This document shows, piece after piece, positions 39,206 through 52,619 of a DNA stretch of 64,000 nucleotides (position 1 is the first letter of the stretch; each line of letters begins with the position of its first letter). The position numbers and the translations under genes are program-made. The stretch comes from the human T2T-CHM13v2.0 reference genome, Homo sapiens, in assembly GCF_009914755.1 (NCBI RefSeq), contig NC_060926.1; one strand, given 5' to 3'. Under the pieces are notes generated by a model that did not search any database, was not told the origin of the DNA, and saw only the letters and a program-made list of their open reading frames with translations.

Positions 39206-41163
39206 TTGCCTCCCCCCATTCACCCACGCATCTTTCCATCCAATGCATTTTTATTGAGTGATAACTTGGCCAGGCCCTTGGAAACTATGGGAATATAGTT
39301 TCCAACCAGATCTTCTAGTTCTTATTATTGTAAATACCAAGCTTCTAAGAGACACTTTATATTTTTCAGCCAAACAAATGTGTGCAGCATTCCAAACAGG
39401 AGCACAAACTCTTACAACCTAAAGCTTTGCATATGGCAACGGCTTCATTTTCATGGTCCTCCTCACTCTTCCCTTTGACTTCTCCTAACTTTTTATTGAG
39501 AATTCTTTCCTAAGCTCACATCTTCTGTTGGTCTTTTTAGACTAATTTCACTTAAATCAGTGAGTGCTGTCATTTTGACAACTCCCTGGAATGTTGCATA
39601 TGCTTGTGTACAACTTTAATTAGCAATACATATTTCAATACATTTTTGGCCATTTGAAATACTTTAATTTTACATTGTATGCAGTGATGTAGAATATATT
39701 TCCTCTGCACTCCCAAACCATAATAGCTTATCTTAAAGCAATGGGTTTTTGCAAATGATGACTGGTCATCAGATTGATTTTCCTCTACTCCTGATCTTTA
39801 TCGTCATCATAATAAGAATGGGATGTTCTTACTACTCTTAAAGTTGGAGTAGTTTCTGTGCTTTCACCTTATTACAGAGCCTCCTCCTTTGTTTATCAAC
39901 ACACTTTGCCTCAATGCTATCCACAGTCTTTAGCTGGCTTGAAATTAGCTTCCAGCAGAGTCCTCGGCAGCCCCTGAGTCAGGTTGATGGCTATTATACA
40001 ATAAATGGCCTGATATCAGTGGTTATTTTTTTTCCATTTGAAATATTTAGTCATAAATTTTAATTAGAAATGATGGCAGAGAATGATTTATTTATAAAGA
40101 AAATGGCATCACATGCCAGATGTATATATCATGAGATATACCTTGTGGTTGCTAACCAAAGCATTTGGAATGAAAGTCATAATTTAAGAAAATACAAACT
40201 CTGCATTGTTACATTCTAGGATTTATTACTTAAAAATAGCAAACATGCCTTTCCATTATCCATGTTAAAGTACATGGTCAGGATAGTTTATTTCATAAGG
40301 AGCAATGGCCCACACTAGTGTTCATTAACCTTCTAGAGAACCTACTTAGAAGTCATCACTTCCTATATGATCTCCAAAGGAATTCAAGGAGGATTTAACA
40401 ATCAAACATGAATACTTAAGGTTTGCTCTGTTTCAAACGTGGTGATCTGATGGAAACTACTGAAAATTTAATGGGCTTCAACAGAAGAAATGTGGGTTTT
40501 CTAACACTTAAAAAGTCATAAAAAGGAGATGAGGTAGGAAAATAAGAGGCGCTTATGTAAATCCATGGAGTTGGTCAATAGAAGCACAGCCTGAGTAGCA
40601 ACGAAAACAGTGATGAGACATACAGACACAAGGCCAGTTCTGTCCTTGGAAATACATGCGTAGCCATCAAAGGGCAGAATTTGCCTAATAAGCAAATGTG
40701 ACAACAGGCAAAACAACCAAGAAACTGACAGTTGATTAAGGAACCTATTGGATAAAGCTTTTTGAAATATTCAGAAAACTGAATTATTCTCTAAGCAAAC
40801 CTATGAGAGATTTAGAGACAAAAATTAGGAGGTAGGAGTGAAGGAAAAGGAAAGTCAACATATTTTTAGCAATAAAGGAGTAGTTAAAATGTTTTCTAAA
40901 TTTCTGCTATTTATATTTACATTACACATATTTCTAGGTGACTAATGAGAAGCAGGTTTAAACTAATATTATACCGATTGAACATTATATTATCTGGTAG
41001 CATCAATTTAAAAGCATATATAGTGAATTACATTAGATTACATGCAGTATTATATGAAACTTAGTTCTATAAAATCAATTTGATTTTCTCATACTGGTGA
41101 GAATATGTAGCGACAGCAATGTGTTTCGGAAGGCTGAGGTAGGATTATCATTCTTAGATTGAA

Positions 41164-41484
<321 letters not shown>

Positions 41485-42003
41485 TAATATAGCAGGCCTC
41501 ACATTTGCTTGGCTTTGAAAGTATGTATAAGAGAGATACATAGCAGCCAGGGCCTCATTTATTCCCTTAAGTTTCCTTATGCCTTGGAAGTTGTTGGTTG
41601 ATTTAAGACCTGAAGTTGGTCCATGAGAGCCAATTCTGGCATGTTAATAGCTGGGACATGATTTACCTTCTGACCCTTTGTCTTCCCTAGAGCCCAACAT
41701 GTCTTCGTTTCTTAGACTTCTTGTGATTCAAACCAGACAACATTTGACTCAGAAAATTGCTTAATTAACACAGAAATACTGGTCAAATTGACCAATGCTG
41801 CTTTTCTGAGTGTTTTCCACATATTGAATTCATCTTTTATGTGTTTGTTGCAGTTTGAGCTTGTGGCAAACACAGTTCTCTATTATTCACTTCCATATTC
41901 TTGCTTAGGTAAAAACCCTTTGGCGTCATCTGTCATTTCTTTTTCTGAAGGAAGGTTGAGGTCATGTGTGGTCTCTGGTTAGAGCTACTTACGTGACCCT
42001 AAC

Positions 42004-42325
42004 TTTTCTTTCTTTTTTTTTTTTTTAAGAGACAAAGTCTTTGTTGCCCAGGCTGCAGTGCAGTGGCCCAATCATAGCTCACTGAAGCCTCAAACTACTA
42101 GTCTAAATACTAGGCTCAAGCAATCCTTCTGCCTCAGTCTCTCTAGTAGCTGGGATTACAGGTGCACAGCATCACACCCAGATAATTTTTCTTATTTTTG
42201 TGGAGATGGGTGTCTCACTATGTTTCCCAGGCTGTTCTCAAACTCAAACTCCTGGCCTCAATCAATCCTCCTGCCTCGGTCTCCCAAAGTGTTGGGATTA
42301 CAGGCATGAGCCACTGTGCCCAGCC
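42004..42325 (-). mobile_element. Alu (AluJ-like, with small internal duplications)
   Basis: Antisense dimer; 'ctcaaactactagtctaaatactagg' and 'ctcaaactcaaactcc'; ccctaa on both sides. Confidence 0.93.
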
Positions 42326-43087
42326 AGCCCTAATGTTTATACTCTCCCCCTGGATACTGTCTTGTTGCTAAGGGCAGAATGTTATCTACATAGCCTTTCT
42401 ATTACTTCTTCCCTATTTCTAATTTCTTGTTCTATGACTTCATTATCTCTCTTTCTCGCTTGTGGTTGCTGCTCTACCAGCAAGTTCACTCCTTTAATTT
42501 CATGTCTCTGTTACACAAGTCTACCCTATTAGTTAAGATTACTTGGTACAATGGTAAACAAGACATACCTGTTGCTCTCAAGGAATTTACAATCTAATAA
42601 GGGAGAATGAAATGTAGGTAGAGCATTATATATGTGATAAGGTGCCACGACTATTGTAAACACAGGGTTGGAACACATATGCAAGGGTGCAAAGAATAAG
42701 CACAAACTGATGCCATTACTAGCTGTGAGAAGATGAACTGAGCCAAACAGATTCTTTCCCTCCAGGAATTTAACCAGGAATACTAAATTAGCCAATTAGC
42801 AGCAGGCATTTAATCAGAAAGGTGATGAAAAAAGATAAGCATTTAGGATCGTTATGAGCAAGCAGATAATATATGAAAACAAAGGATACCAGTCAATATA
42901 TGGAGACATATAGAATGAGGAGAATCAGAAGCACCACGAGGGACCACTGCAGCTCCTCCTAAAAGAAGGACTGGAAGGGCTATTGGGATGGAGGGCACAT
43001 GGGGAAGGAAGAGTCTCACTAAGGATTTCTAATTCATGCATCTTGGAGACTTATATTTTTCAAGATATGTTTGTCCAGTGAAAAATC

Positions 43088-43189
43088 AGCTGGATATAAC
43101 GGTGTGCACCTGTAATCCCAGCTACTAGAGAGACTGAGGTGGAAGGATTGCTTGACCCTAGTAGTTTGAGGCTACTGTGAGCTATGATT
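43088..43189 (+). mobile_element. Alu monomer fragment (FAM/FLAM-like)
   Basis: cacctgtaatcccagctact...gactgaggtggaaggattgcttga...gtgagctatgatt. Confidence 0.85.
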
Positions 43190-43249
43190 GGATGAGAGGA
43201 TGAGATAGGAGGTAATAGGATGTAGCAATTATCGTCAACTATTGTGTCT

Positions 43250-43450
43250 AGAATGATATGGCTATGTTGTGTCACCTTTGGCAAACTAACTGACCATTCT
43301 CATTTTCAAGTTCTCTTCTCTACATTCTATAGGAAATAATAATTGTACTCAACTTTTAGGTTTATTTTAAGGATTAGATGAGATAATCCACGTAAAGTGC
43401 TTAGCATAGTTCCTTGTGCATACATTCTGAAAAATGGCAGCTATTATTGT
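43250..43450 (+). mobile_element. MIR SINE
   Basis: 'tgtgtcacctttggcaaa', 'aaggattagatgagataatccacgtaaagtgcttagcatagt'. Confidence 0.7.
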
Positions 43451-44263
43451 TTTATTTTGCTTTAGTATACTAAAAGGCACAGTAAATTGGTGTTTGTTTC
43501 AAACTGCAGGAAGTAATCATGAGTATGTAATATTATAAATTTAGGGAAGAATAACCAACAATCTAAGAAAAGATATAGAATAGAGTATATAAGAAACACT
43601 TTCTATAGTAAAGGAATGATTTGCAAAAACCTTTTTTCAGGCGCACGTGTCCATGTGTTTATATATCACCAAGCACATAATAATTTGAAGACCACTGTAT
43701 TATATGAATGCCAGATGGATAATAGATTGGATCATGATATATACAATTAGTTGGTTTTCCAATTCTAGCTCTGAGAGGTGGACATTAATCTATCCATTAG
43801 TGAGACCTAGGCCATGAGCAGGGTTGCTGCAGACTTTCATGTTTACATGTGTGTATGTGAATGCAGTTATCTATAACTCTGTGCCTCTTGCTGTAAGGTT
43901 TCTGGGATCCTAATGATTGCACTTTCTTCTGCTTGAAGAATTGTGATGTTTCTTTGGGATTCCTCCTGAGCCAACTCTCTATGATATCTTTTCAATAAAG
44001 AAATAATGGTAGATATATTGAAGAGTGTCTATTTCTCTTCCTTTTACAATATGTGCATACAACAATATGATGGACATCAATAGTGAAACCCTAAAATCCC
44101 AAACCAAGCACAACATCATTGTTTTATCAGAGCAAAATACAGACAGGTGCAGATGTAAGTAATTTAGATAAAAGATTAACCAAGTACCTGTAGTCAAACA
44201 ACATATGTGTTGATAAAAACAGACCCTGAGATAAGGTAAGGTGAAGATAAGAGGAAATGTGTA

Positions 44264-44561
44264 ATTTTTTTTTCTTTTTGAGACTAGGTCTCACTCTGTC
44301 ACCCAGGTTGGAGTGCAGTGGTGCAATCTTGGCTCACTGCAACTTCTGCTTCCCAGGCTCAAGCGATCCTCTCACCTGAGCCTCCCAAATGGCTGGGACC
44401 AGAGGTGCAAGTCACTGCGCCTGGCTAATTTTTGTATTTTTTGGGTAGAGATGGGGTTTTGCCATGTTGATCAAGCGGTCTCAAACCTCAGAGCTCAGGT
44501 GGTCCACCAGCCTTGGCCTCTCAAAGTGCTGAGATTACAGGAGTGAGCTACTATGCCTTGC
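44264..44561 (-). mobile_element. Alu (AluJ-like)
   Basis: Antisense dimer; TSD gaaatgtgtaa on both sides. Confidence 0.94.
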
Positions 44562-44929
44562 AGAAATGTGTAAATTGTACAGAACATATACTTTAATTTA
44601 AAGAGTGCCTGAGAATGTATACCATAAAGGGTAACTAAAATTTCTTAAAATAAAAGTAATAATACTTCAAGAAGAGTTTAATGATAGTTTGGAATCATTG
44701 GCAACAAACAACTTGAGCAAAATTTAGGAATGAAGGAGTTTGGAGTGTGGGATAAGAAAAAGCATTGTAGAAGTTTCATTAGATTGCGTTGGAGTTGTGA
44801 GAAAGCATCTTGATTGTTGGAAGAGAAACCCCTTTGCTGGAGATATGCAGTCGGATGTCATTAGCATGTAAGAATAATTGAGCCAAGAGGAGTGGCTGCA
44901 CTCTCCCAGATAGAACACACCTACTTTTC

Positions 44930-45341
44930 TATTTTTTCTTCTACCATACAAACAGTTCTTTGGATATTTTCTGTTTTCTAACTAGATTTACTGCCTACTC
45001 AATTTCACCTAATCTCATCACATTGAAAAACATTTTACATTGAAAACTTCCAAAATTTTATGTATTCAGCTCTGACCACAGCCCTCAATTCCAGATTCTC
45101 AGCACCCCCCACATCTGTCGCACTCAAAGCGTTCTGTAATGCGATTACTGGTAAATCTATTATTCTGCTTGCTTAGGTCAAACATCTTAGAGTCTTTCTG
45201 GACTTTCTTCTATTCCAGCCCACCTTCGATCTAACAGTAAACTTTGTTGATCTATCTTCAAAATATGTACAAAATCCAACCACTTATCACACATTTACAT
45301 ACTCTTATCTGGGTTACCATCGCCTCCTAAGTGGTCTCCCA

Positions 45342-45377
<36 letters not shown>

Positions 45378-46200
45378 GAGACGGAGTCTCACTCTGTCAC
45401 TTAGGCTGGAGGGCATCGGTGCTAGCTCGGTTCACTGCAACTTCTGCTTCCTGGGTCCAAGCAGTCTCCTGCCTCAGCCTCCCAAGTAGCTGAGATTCCA
45501 GATGGCTTCCACCATGCCCGGCTAATTTTTGTATTTTTAGTAGAGACAAGGCAACGTTTCACCATGTTGGCCAGGATGGTCTCGATCTCTTGACCTTGTG
45601 ATCCGTCCGCCTCAGCCTCCCAAAGTGCTGAGATTGCAGGAATGAGCCACCGCACCTGGCTCATTTTGTGTCTTTATACTTTCAACAGTCTATCCTCCAC
45701 AGAACAGTCAGAGCAATCCTTTAAACAATTAGGTCATGTATTTCCACAAAAAACCCTCCAGTGGTAGTCCACATCAACAGAAGTGAAACTCAAACTCCTC
45801 ACAGTGACTCTATTACCCTACATGCTATGCTCTTTTTAACACACTAAAATGAATCTCCTATTACCCTGTCCTTTGCTCTACAACACTCTCTTCCTGTAGA
45901 TAGTTTGATGGCTCAAATATTCCCACATCTCTTCAACTTCTTTTAGAAATGCCATCCTCTCAGTAGTGGACTTTGACCACATTACTTAAAATTGTATTTC
46001 TGTGTTCCCTGTCCTTTTTTCTTTATGGTTTTCATCAGAGTTATTACCATTTAACACACTGTGCATTTTATTTTATTTTTCCTCTATATTCTTCCACTAG
46101 AATATAAGCCCCAGGGATTTTTGCTGGTTTCGTTCCTTACTATTTTCCTAGTGCAATGCCTGGTACATAGAAGGAACTCACTAAATAATACTTGAATTAA
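44930..46200 (+). mobile_element. L2 LINE remnant interrupted by an Alu
   Basis: 'tatcttcaaaatatgtacaaaatccaaccactt', 'ccacagaacagtcagagcaatcctttaaa', 3' end 'ccactagaatataagc...tgcctggtacatagaaggaactcactaaata'. Confidence 0.7.
45342..45661 (-). mobile_element. Alu (AluS-like) with (TTTTC)n tail
   Basis: 'ccaggatggtctcgatctcttgaccttgtgatcc'. Confidence 0.95.
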
Positions 46201-46384
46201 TGTCTGAGTCAGTAGACAAAAGAGCTCTAGGATTGCTCTAGGGAAAAATATATGCAAACAGATCGCAAGTAAAGGATTAATAGCTACACAGAGAAAAAGT
46301 TCTTATAAATTCATGAAAAGAAGACAAACAAAAATGAGCAAAAAATGAGACAGAAAAAAATGAGCAAAGAATATTATTCTAATG

Positions 46385-46845
46385 ACCAGTTGTCTATCTA
46401 GTGACCATTCTGTCTTTTTCTTTCTCTTACTATTAGAGCACTAATTGCATTTAGGGTGGCATGGATCCAGCTAAGAGACTGTACCTTCCCCTGCTACTGG
46501 AGTGTCCTTGTCATGTGGTCTTGGCCAAGGAGGCATGGAGCACTGGTTGCTATGTGAGCTTCTGAAAAGGTGCTTCTTGCCTTTTGCATTTTACTTTATT
46601 TCTTCTCTGACTAACTGGAGCTCTGTAGCTACTTTGTGAATGTGGAGAGGGGTTCATGTCCCAAGGAGGGATGAGTGGGAAAGTTCAATGCAGCCCAGGT
46701 CCCTGGTGATCTAGGGGAGCCACTGCAGCAGGGCTGGGCTGCTCATCTCTGTTCTTGTTTATGTATGAAAGGAAAATAAGTCCTTGGTACGTCACTCTTA
46801 TTTGGACTTTCTTTTAAAGGCTCAATTTAATCCCTAACTGATACA
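46385..46845 (+). mobile_element. MLT1 (ERVL-MaLR) solo LTR, old subfamily
   Basis: 'ccagctaagagact', 'catgtggtcttggccaagg', terminus 'taatccctaactgataca'. Confidence 0.65.
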
Positions 46846-47385
46846 AACATGAATCAATACTTTATTAAAGGACATACCTAAATGAGAAATAAATATTTGA
46901 CAAGATGTTTCACCACTTTAGTATTAAGAAAAAAATGGAATTAAAGGAAGAGAACATATCAATTTATATTTATCACACTGGAAAAAAATTAAAAGAAAAT
47001 AACACAAAATTAAGAATACCAGCTATGAAACCAGACAGCCTGGGAAAATAAAGGATGCAATATGTAAGAATGCATATACAAGAATAATTAGTTTGTATCA
47101 GTATTTGAGGGAGCAAGAAACAAGCCCTTCAAAAACTAGAAATCAAGTGAATGCCTATCACTAGAGAAGTGTTGAATAATTTGTGCTACATTTTCAAGAT
47201 GAGATATTATGCAGCTGTTAAAAAGAATCAATTTGATGTATCTCTGTTAACTTGGAGAAATATCTGCTATCTACTGTTACATGGGGGATAAAAAAGTTTC
47301 AGAAAACCCATATAATGTACATATATATCTTTGAAAGCAATTATATTAACAAGAAGACTTTTATAAGTCTTATAAGAAGGATTCA

Positions 47386-47672
47386 GGCTGGGTGCAGTGG
47401 CTCACGCTTGTAATCCCAGCACTTTGGGAGGCTGAGGAAGGTGGATCACCTGAGGTCAGGAGTTTGAGACCAGCCTAGCCAACATGGAGAAACCCCGTCT
47501 CTACTAAAAATACAAAAAATTAGCTGGGCGTGGTGGTGGGCGCCTGTAATCTCAGGTACTTGGGAGGCTGAAGCAGGAGAATCGCTTGAACCAGGAGGTG
47601 GAGGTTGCAGCGACCCGAGGTTGTGCCATTGCACTCCAGCCTGGGCAACAGGAATGAAACTCCATCAAGAAA
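47386..47672 (+). mobile_element. Alu (AluSx/Sq-like) with very short tail
   Basis: Full dimer; TSD aagaaggattca on both sides. Confidence 0.96.
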
Positions 47673-47994
47673 GGAAGAAGGATTCAGACCAGGTTAACAT
47701 TGGCTACAAGTGGGGTATATTGTCATTTTGGAGGGGCAGGAGGGGAAAATAAAACCCTACATTTAAACAAGGTGATAATAATGAAATATGAAAATTATAG
47801 ATATTCATGGACTCAAGACGTATGAACTGAAACATGAAAAGTTTCCAAAATGTTAATGGCAGTTAAAGAAGTGGGTTTTAGGTTGTCGTTGCCTTTTTGA
47901 AAATTACTGTATATTTTATATGTTCCAAATAGTTTTATTGTTGTAAAAAAAGGTAGTTGAGACATCTTAAGTAGTTCTGTTTTTTTTTGAAATG

Positions 47995-48460
47995 CTTAGC
48001 TATAAAGAGAAGCAAAAGTGGTGTGGAAGCCAGAGGTGAATATAGGTGTCAGGGGAAGTTTGGTTGAAATGGTACCCAGATGAGTTTGAATGCTCAGGGA
48101 TTTTGTAGAATGGGAGAATTTGAAGATTCAGGTGACAGAGGATAACTGAAGACAGGAAATCCTGGAAAAGGTGAGAAGATATGAGAGGATGGGATCCAGA
48201 ACCAATGTGGAAGGCCTGGGTTTGGCAAGAGGAAAGACACTTCCTCAATTGTAAGGGGGCTGGGAGCACTGGGGAGAAAGAAGGAGGAGGAGGAGATGGC
48301 AGGTGGACGAGAGAACAATATGGCGGTTTGGAAAGATGTGGAAGTTCCCAGCTGATGACGTCGATTTTCTGATGAATTTTGAGGAGAAAGGAACAGGGAG
48401 GGGTCTGGAAGAAAATGTGACGAGAAACGCAAATAGTCCTGGTGGAGAAAGGGAGAAGGA
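47995..48460 (-). mobile_element. L2 internal fragment
   Basis: Purine-rich + strand typical of antisense L2 ('tttggaaagatgtggaagttcccagctgatgacgtcgattttctg'). Confidence 0.5.
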
Positions 48461-50085
48461 GCTCACTAGAGCAATGTAGCAAAATTGCTCGGCAGAGAGC
48501 CACCCCTGTGTAGCGACTGTATCCTCTGTTTCCCGGACAGCTGCCTTTATGTTCTGGCTCTGCTGGACCAAGAAAAGGTATCGGGATCTGACACAAGGAG
48601 TGGGATGAGTGACTCCAAATTGGATGTGAGCAAAAATAGGAATTCCTCCACTGTGCAGAAACGTGGATGCTACATTTCCTATAAAACACTGTTATACACC
48701 AACCCGTTATTGTGTGAGCTGCAGCAGAAGTGCCCAGAAAACAGAAGCAAGACGTGGCTACTGTTACAGGGGTAAAAAGAAACAGCCATAATTGGTTAAA
48801 TATTTATTGAGAACCTTTTATATATGCAGAGTTGTAGGAAATAAAAGTGTAAGACCTAGTATCTGCTCATCAAGGATCACATGAGACAATTACAAAATAA
48901 TCAATGGGTGAGCTGATGCCTGAGCCTGATTTCAGACTGGGAGTCAGGAAGCCCAGTTATTATAGTTCTAGATCCACCTCAAGCTATACAGTCTTAGGAA
49001 AGTTGTTCAGAGTTTTGGAGCTCCCATTTGTTTTCTCTTGAGATGGTTAAACTCAATTATGGGAGTATACTCTGACATTGATGTTCTCCTAGCTGTGAAT
49101 GCTGTAGTTGGCAGACTTTGCATGGCCGAGGGCTTTTTCAGGTGTTGGCTTTAGTGTTACCTCCTTAGTAACTGTCCTGTTTAAGTAAATGCTCCTAATA
49201 TTTTCTCTAGCTCTATCTGCTGTTCATTTCCCTCGTAACGTTTATCATGATATGTGATTATTTTCTTATTTGCTTCTTGATTTTTGGCTATTTATCTGAA
49301 GCCAGGGGACTATGTCCTTTTTGAAAATTTACCAGTTACATACCAGTGACTAGTACAGTGCTTGACACGTTGAAGTGACTCAACAAGTGGCACATAATAG
49401 TGGGGTATAGATGCAACAGATACTCAGACAAGCAAGAGCTCCGCAGAGCTACAGGAAGAATCAAAGGATTCATGAGCTTGTCCTTGAAGGATAACAGAGA
49501 GGAGGGATGGTGTCCCATGTGTAGAGGAGGGCATGGGCTGTGAGATGAGAGAGAATGGACATGTGGTGTGCAGGGATAAGGAGAAGACCTGCTGGACTGG
49601 ACTATGAGGCTATAACAGATTGACTAGGAGGGGCCACAGCAAAAGGAGTTGGGGCCTTAAATGCGACAAACTTGAACACCTTTTTTGGTTCTTAAGAGAT
49701 GGATGTGGCATGGCTCATAAGATGAAACTGGCATTAGTCAAGAGGGCAAATCGAACAACCTCCTTGTGATAAGATTGTTCTTTTACCTGGCTGATAGGGG
49801 ACTTAACGAAACTAGCAGGCATATGAGATGCTGGGGATCTCTTTAACATACACTTAATCCAGAGAGATTTTTTTTTCCCCACAGAAACCTCAAATCTAAC
49901 TTTTAGAGTTCCAAACATGCCATCTTTGCTTTTAAGTGATCTTCAAGCTCTGTATAGGTTATCTGTGCTAATGCTGTTATCTATGAGACTGGTATTAAAA
50001 TGTTCAGACTGTATACACCTTCCCTCATCATCTCATGGACTCCAGTAATCAGCAGGGCTGCCCTCTTACATAAAGTCAAAACTAG

Positions 50086-50431
<346 letters not shown>

Positions 50432-50795
50432 TCTCTTCTTTATTTAAGAACACATTTTTCAAGCAATATATCAATGTGTAACTTTTGATTTTATAAGGTT
50501 GTGGTTATTCATGAGATGTGTTTTATGCAAACTAGAATGAAAAGTAGAGGCTGCCTCCATGTCCCTTTGGCCCTCAGTTTTCTACTTGCTATTCCAAACA
50601 CCTACCTCAATAGTTCTGTTTACAGAGATTTATAATCCAAATAAGGGTATCTGTGGAGAAAAAGGGGACACTGCTGATAAAAGAAAAGCTGGGCTAATAG
50701 TCATAAACCAAGACTGTAATGGGCAACATTAAGCAAATAATTGTCCTTCTAGTATTATACTTTCTCCATGTACTCTGTGGAAATCATATCTATTT

Positions 50796-51268
50796 TGTTA
50801 ATTTCTTATTGCTGCTCTAACAAATTGCCACCAACTTAGTGACTGAAAAACCTCAATTTATTCCCTTACAGTTATGGAGATCAGAAATCTGAAACGAGCC
50901 TTAGTGGGCTAAATCAAGGTGTGGCAGGGCTGGTTCCTTCTAGACGCTCCAGAGGAGAATCTATTTCCTTGCTATTTTCAGTTTCTAGAAGCCACCTGCA
51001 CTCCCTGGTTCACAGCACCCCATCATATCACTGTTCCTTCTCCTGCTTCTATTGTCACATTGCTTCTTCCTCCTTTGATCTCCCTACCTCTCTCTTTTAA
51101 TGACCGTTGTGATTACCTTTAGAGCCTGCCCAGATAATCCAGGAGAATCTAGGATAACCGCTCTGTCTCAGGGTCCTTAATTTAATCACACCTACAAAGT
51201 CCCTTTTGCCATATAAAGTAACATCTCCAGGTTCTGAGGATTTAGGAGCTGTTATTTAGCCTATCACA
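50796..51268 (-). mobile_element. MLT1 (MLT1C/D-like) solo LTR
   Basis: 'ttgctgctctaacaaattgccaccaacttagtg...aaatcaaggtgtggcagggctgg...gtcccttttgccatataaagtaaca...ttatttagcctatcaca'. Confidence 0.85.
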
Positions 51269-51835
51269 TGTATTATTCTAGGTAACATCTTACAGAAAGC
51301 TATGATCTATTCCCCTCTCCAAGTGACCTTTTCCAGTGTTGATTTCTAGTAGCATCCCGCTTGTTCTCTTTTTGGGACACTTGTGTTTTCTTGTGCTGCA
51401 CTGGGGTTAGTTATGAATCTGCTTTTTCCCCCCTAAAAAGCACAGCGTAAAACACAGGGATACATTTAATGTGGACCCTATCCTCCAGAGACATACAGCT
51501 GAGTTAGAGAATTGCTAGAGGTTTAGAGAATATTCATTTCCCTTAATGTTTCTCAGGTAAAGAGAAACTCACTTTTTAGCTGGTCATATTTTATGGCTTT
51601 CCCTTGCTCTCATTATAAAGTCCAAAGTCTTTATATTGACCTACAAGGTCCTGCATGATCTGACCTCACTGTCTCTGGTCTCACCCTGCACCACTCCCTC
51701 ACTCTTACATTTAAGGAATAATGGACTTGTTTTATCGCCTCAGATGTTTTCAAGATCTTTTTCTTTCTCATATCTGTCCTTCTGCCCTCTGTTCCACTGT
51801 AGGTGTATGTGTATAGGTGGATCTGTCAAAACACA

Positions 51836-51836
<1 letters not shown>

Positions 51837-51868
<32 letters not shown>
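51837..51868. repeat. (CA)16 microsatellite
   Basis: Perfect array. Confidence 0.95.
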
Positions 51869-51872
<4 letters not shown>

Positions 51873-52619
51873 TGCACATACACACTACCTGAACATTTCT
51901 TCTTCAACCTTGAGGTATCTAGCACTCATGTACACAAACCTTTCCTGATCCTTCAATTATTTTGAGTATACTTCTTATACACTGCTTTTGCAATCTGTAC
52001 ACCTCCCTTAACATCTCTTTGTACAATGGTAATTAATTTGTCATCATTTATGTGTCCTTATTCCTTCCCTTCCCTGCTAAACTGAAAACTTGTCTAGGGA
52101 AACTGTCTGTGTTGTTCACCTTGATCTCTAGCATGATGCTTGACATATGGAAGAAGGGACTCAGTAAATATTTCCTGATTAATATTCTGCCACAAAGACT
52201 CTCACTTTGTGGATAATTACCTCAATATCTGCTTATTCAATTGACTGCAAGAGAAATTATATTTTTTCTTTTTTATTAAAAGAGCCTAGAAAAATTTTGT
52301 AACTTTTAAGATACTGAAAAACTGTTGCCGTATGTATTAACAAGAAACCTGCCCCACCTCTGAGTATTCCTGTTGTCCCACCTCTGAATCCAAGAGGAAA
52401 GCAGTAATGGTATAAGCCTAGGGTAGGAGTAATTTTAAGAAATCTAACCATGGTCCAGGCTTATTCCAGAATAGAAGATAATCATAAAGTTTGCAAATTT
52501 GTTCTATGTGTTTTGATGATTTTCATTTACATAAACGTAAATACAAATTCGAGTCCATGAAGGTACCTAACTGACCTTTTTGACCCACTGGGAGGGGTCA
52601 CCCCAGGTGTGTACCAGGC

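Larger units (their letters stand above)
46250..47900 (+). mobile_element. Old L1M 3' fragments interrupted by an MLT1 and an Alu
   Basis: 'aaaggattaatagc', 'aaaatgagcaaaagaatat', 'aagatgtttcaccactttagtattaag', 'aaaactagaaatcaagtgaatgcctatca', 'tattatgcagctgttaaaaagaat'. Confidence 0.6.

Noticed and set aside
48000-48689. Longest ORF (229 aa, minus)
   Set aside because: Overlaps an L2 remnant, has S/P/L/H-rich composition with several overlapping ORFs and no recognisable domain
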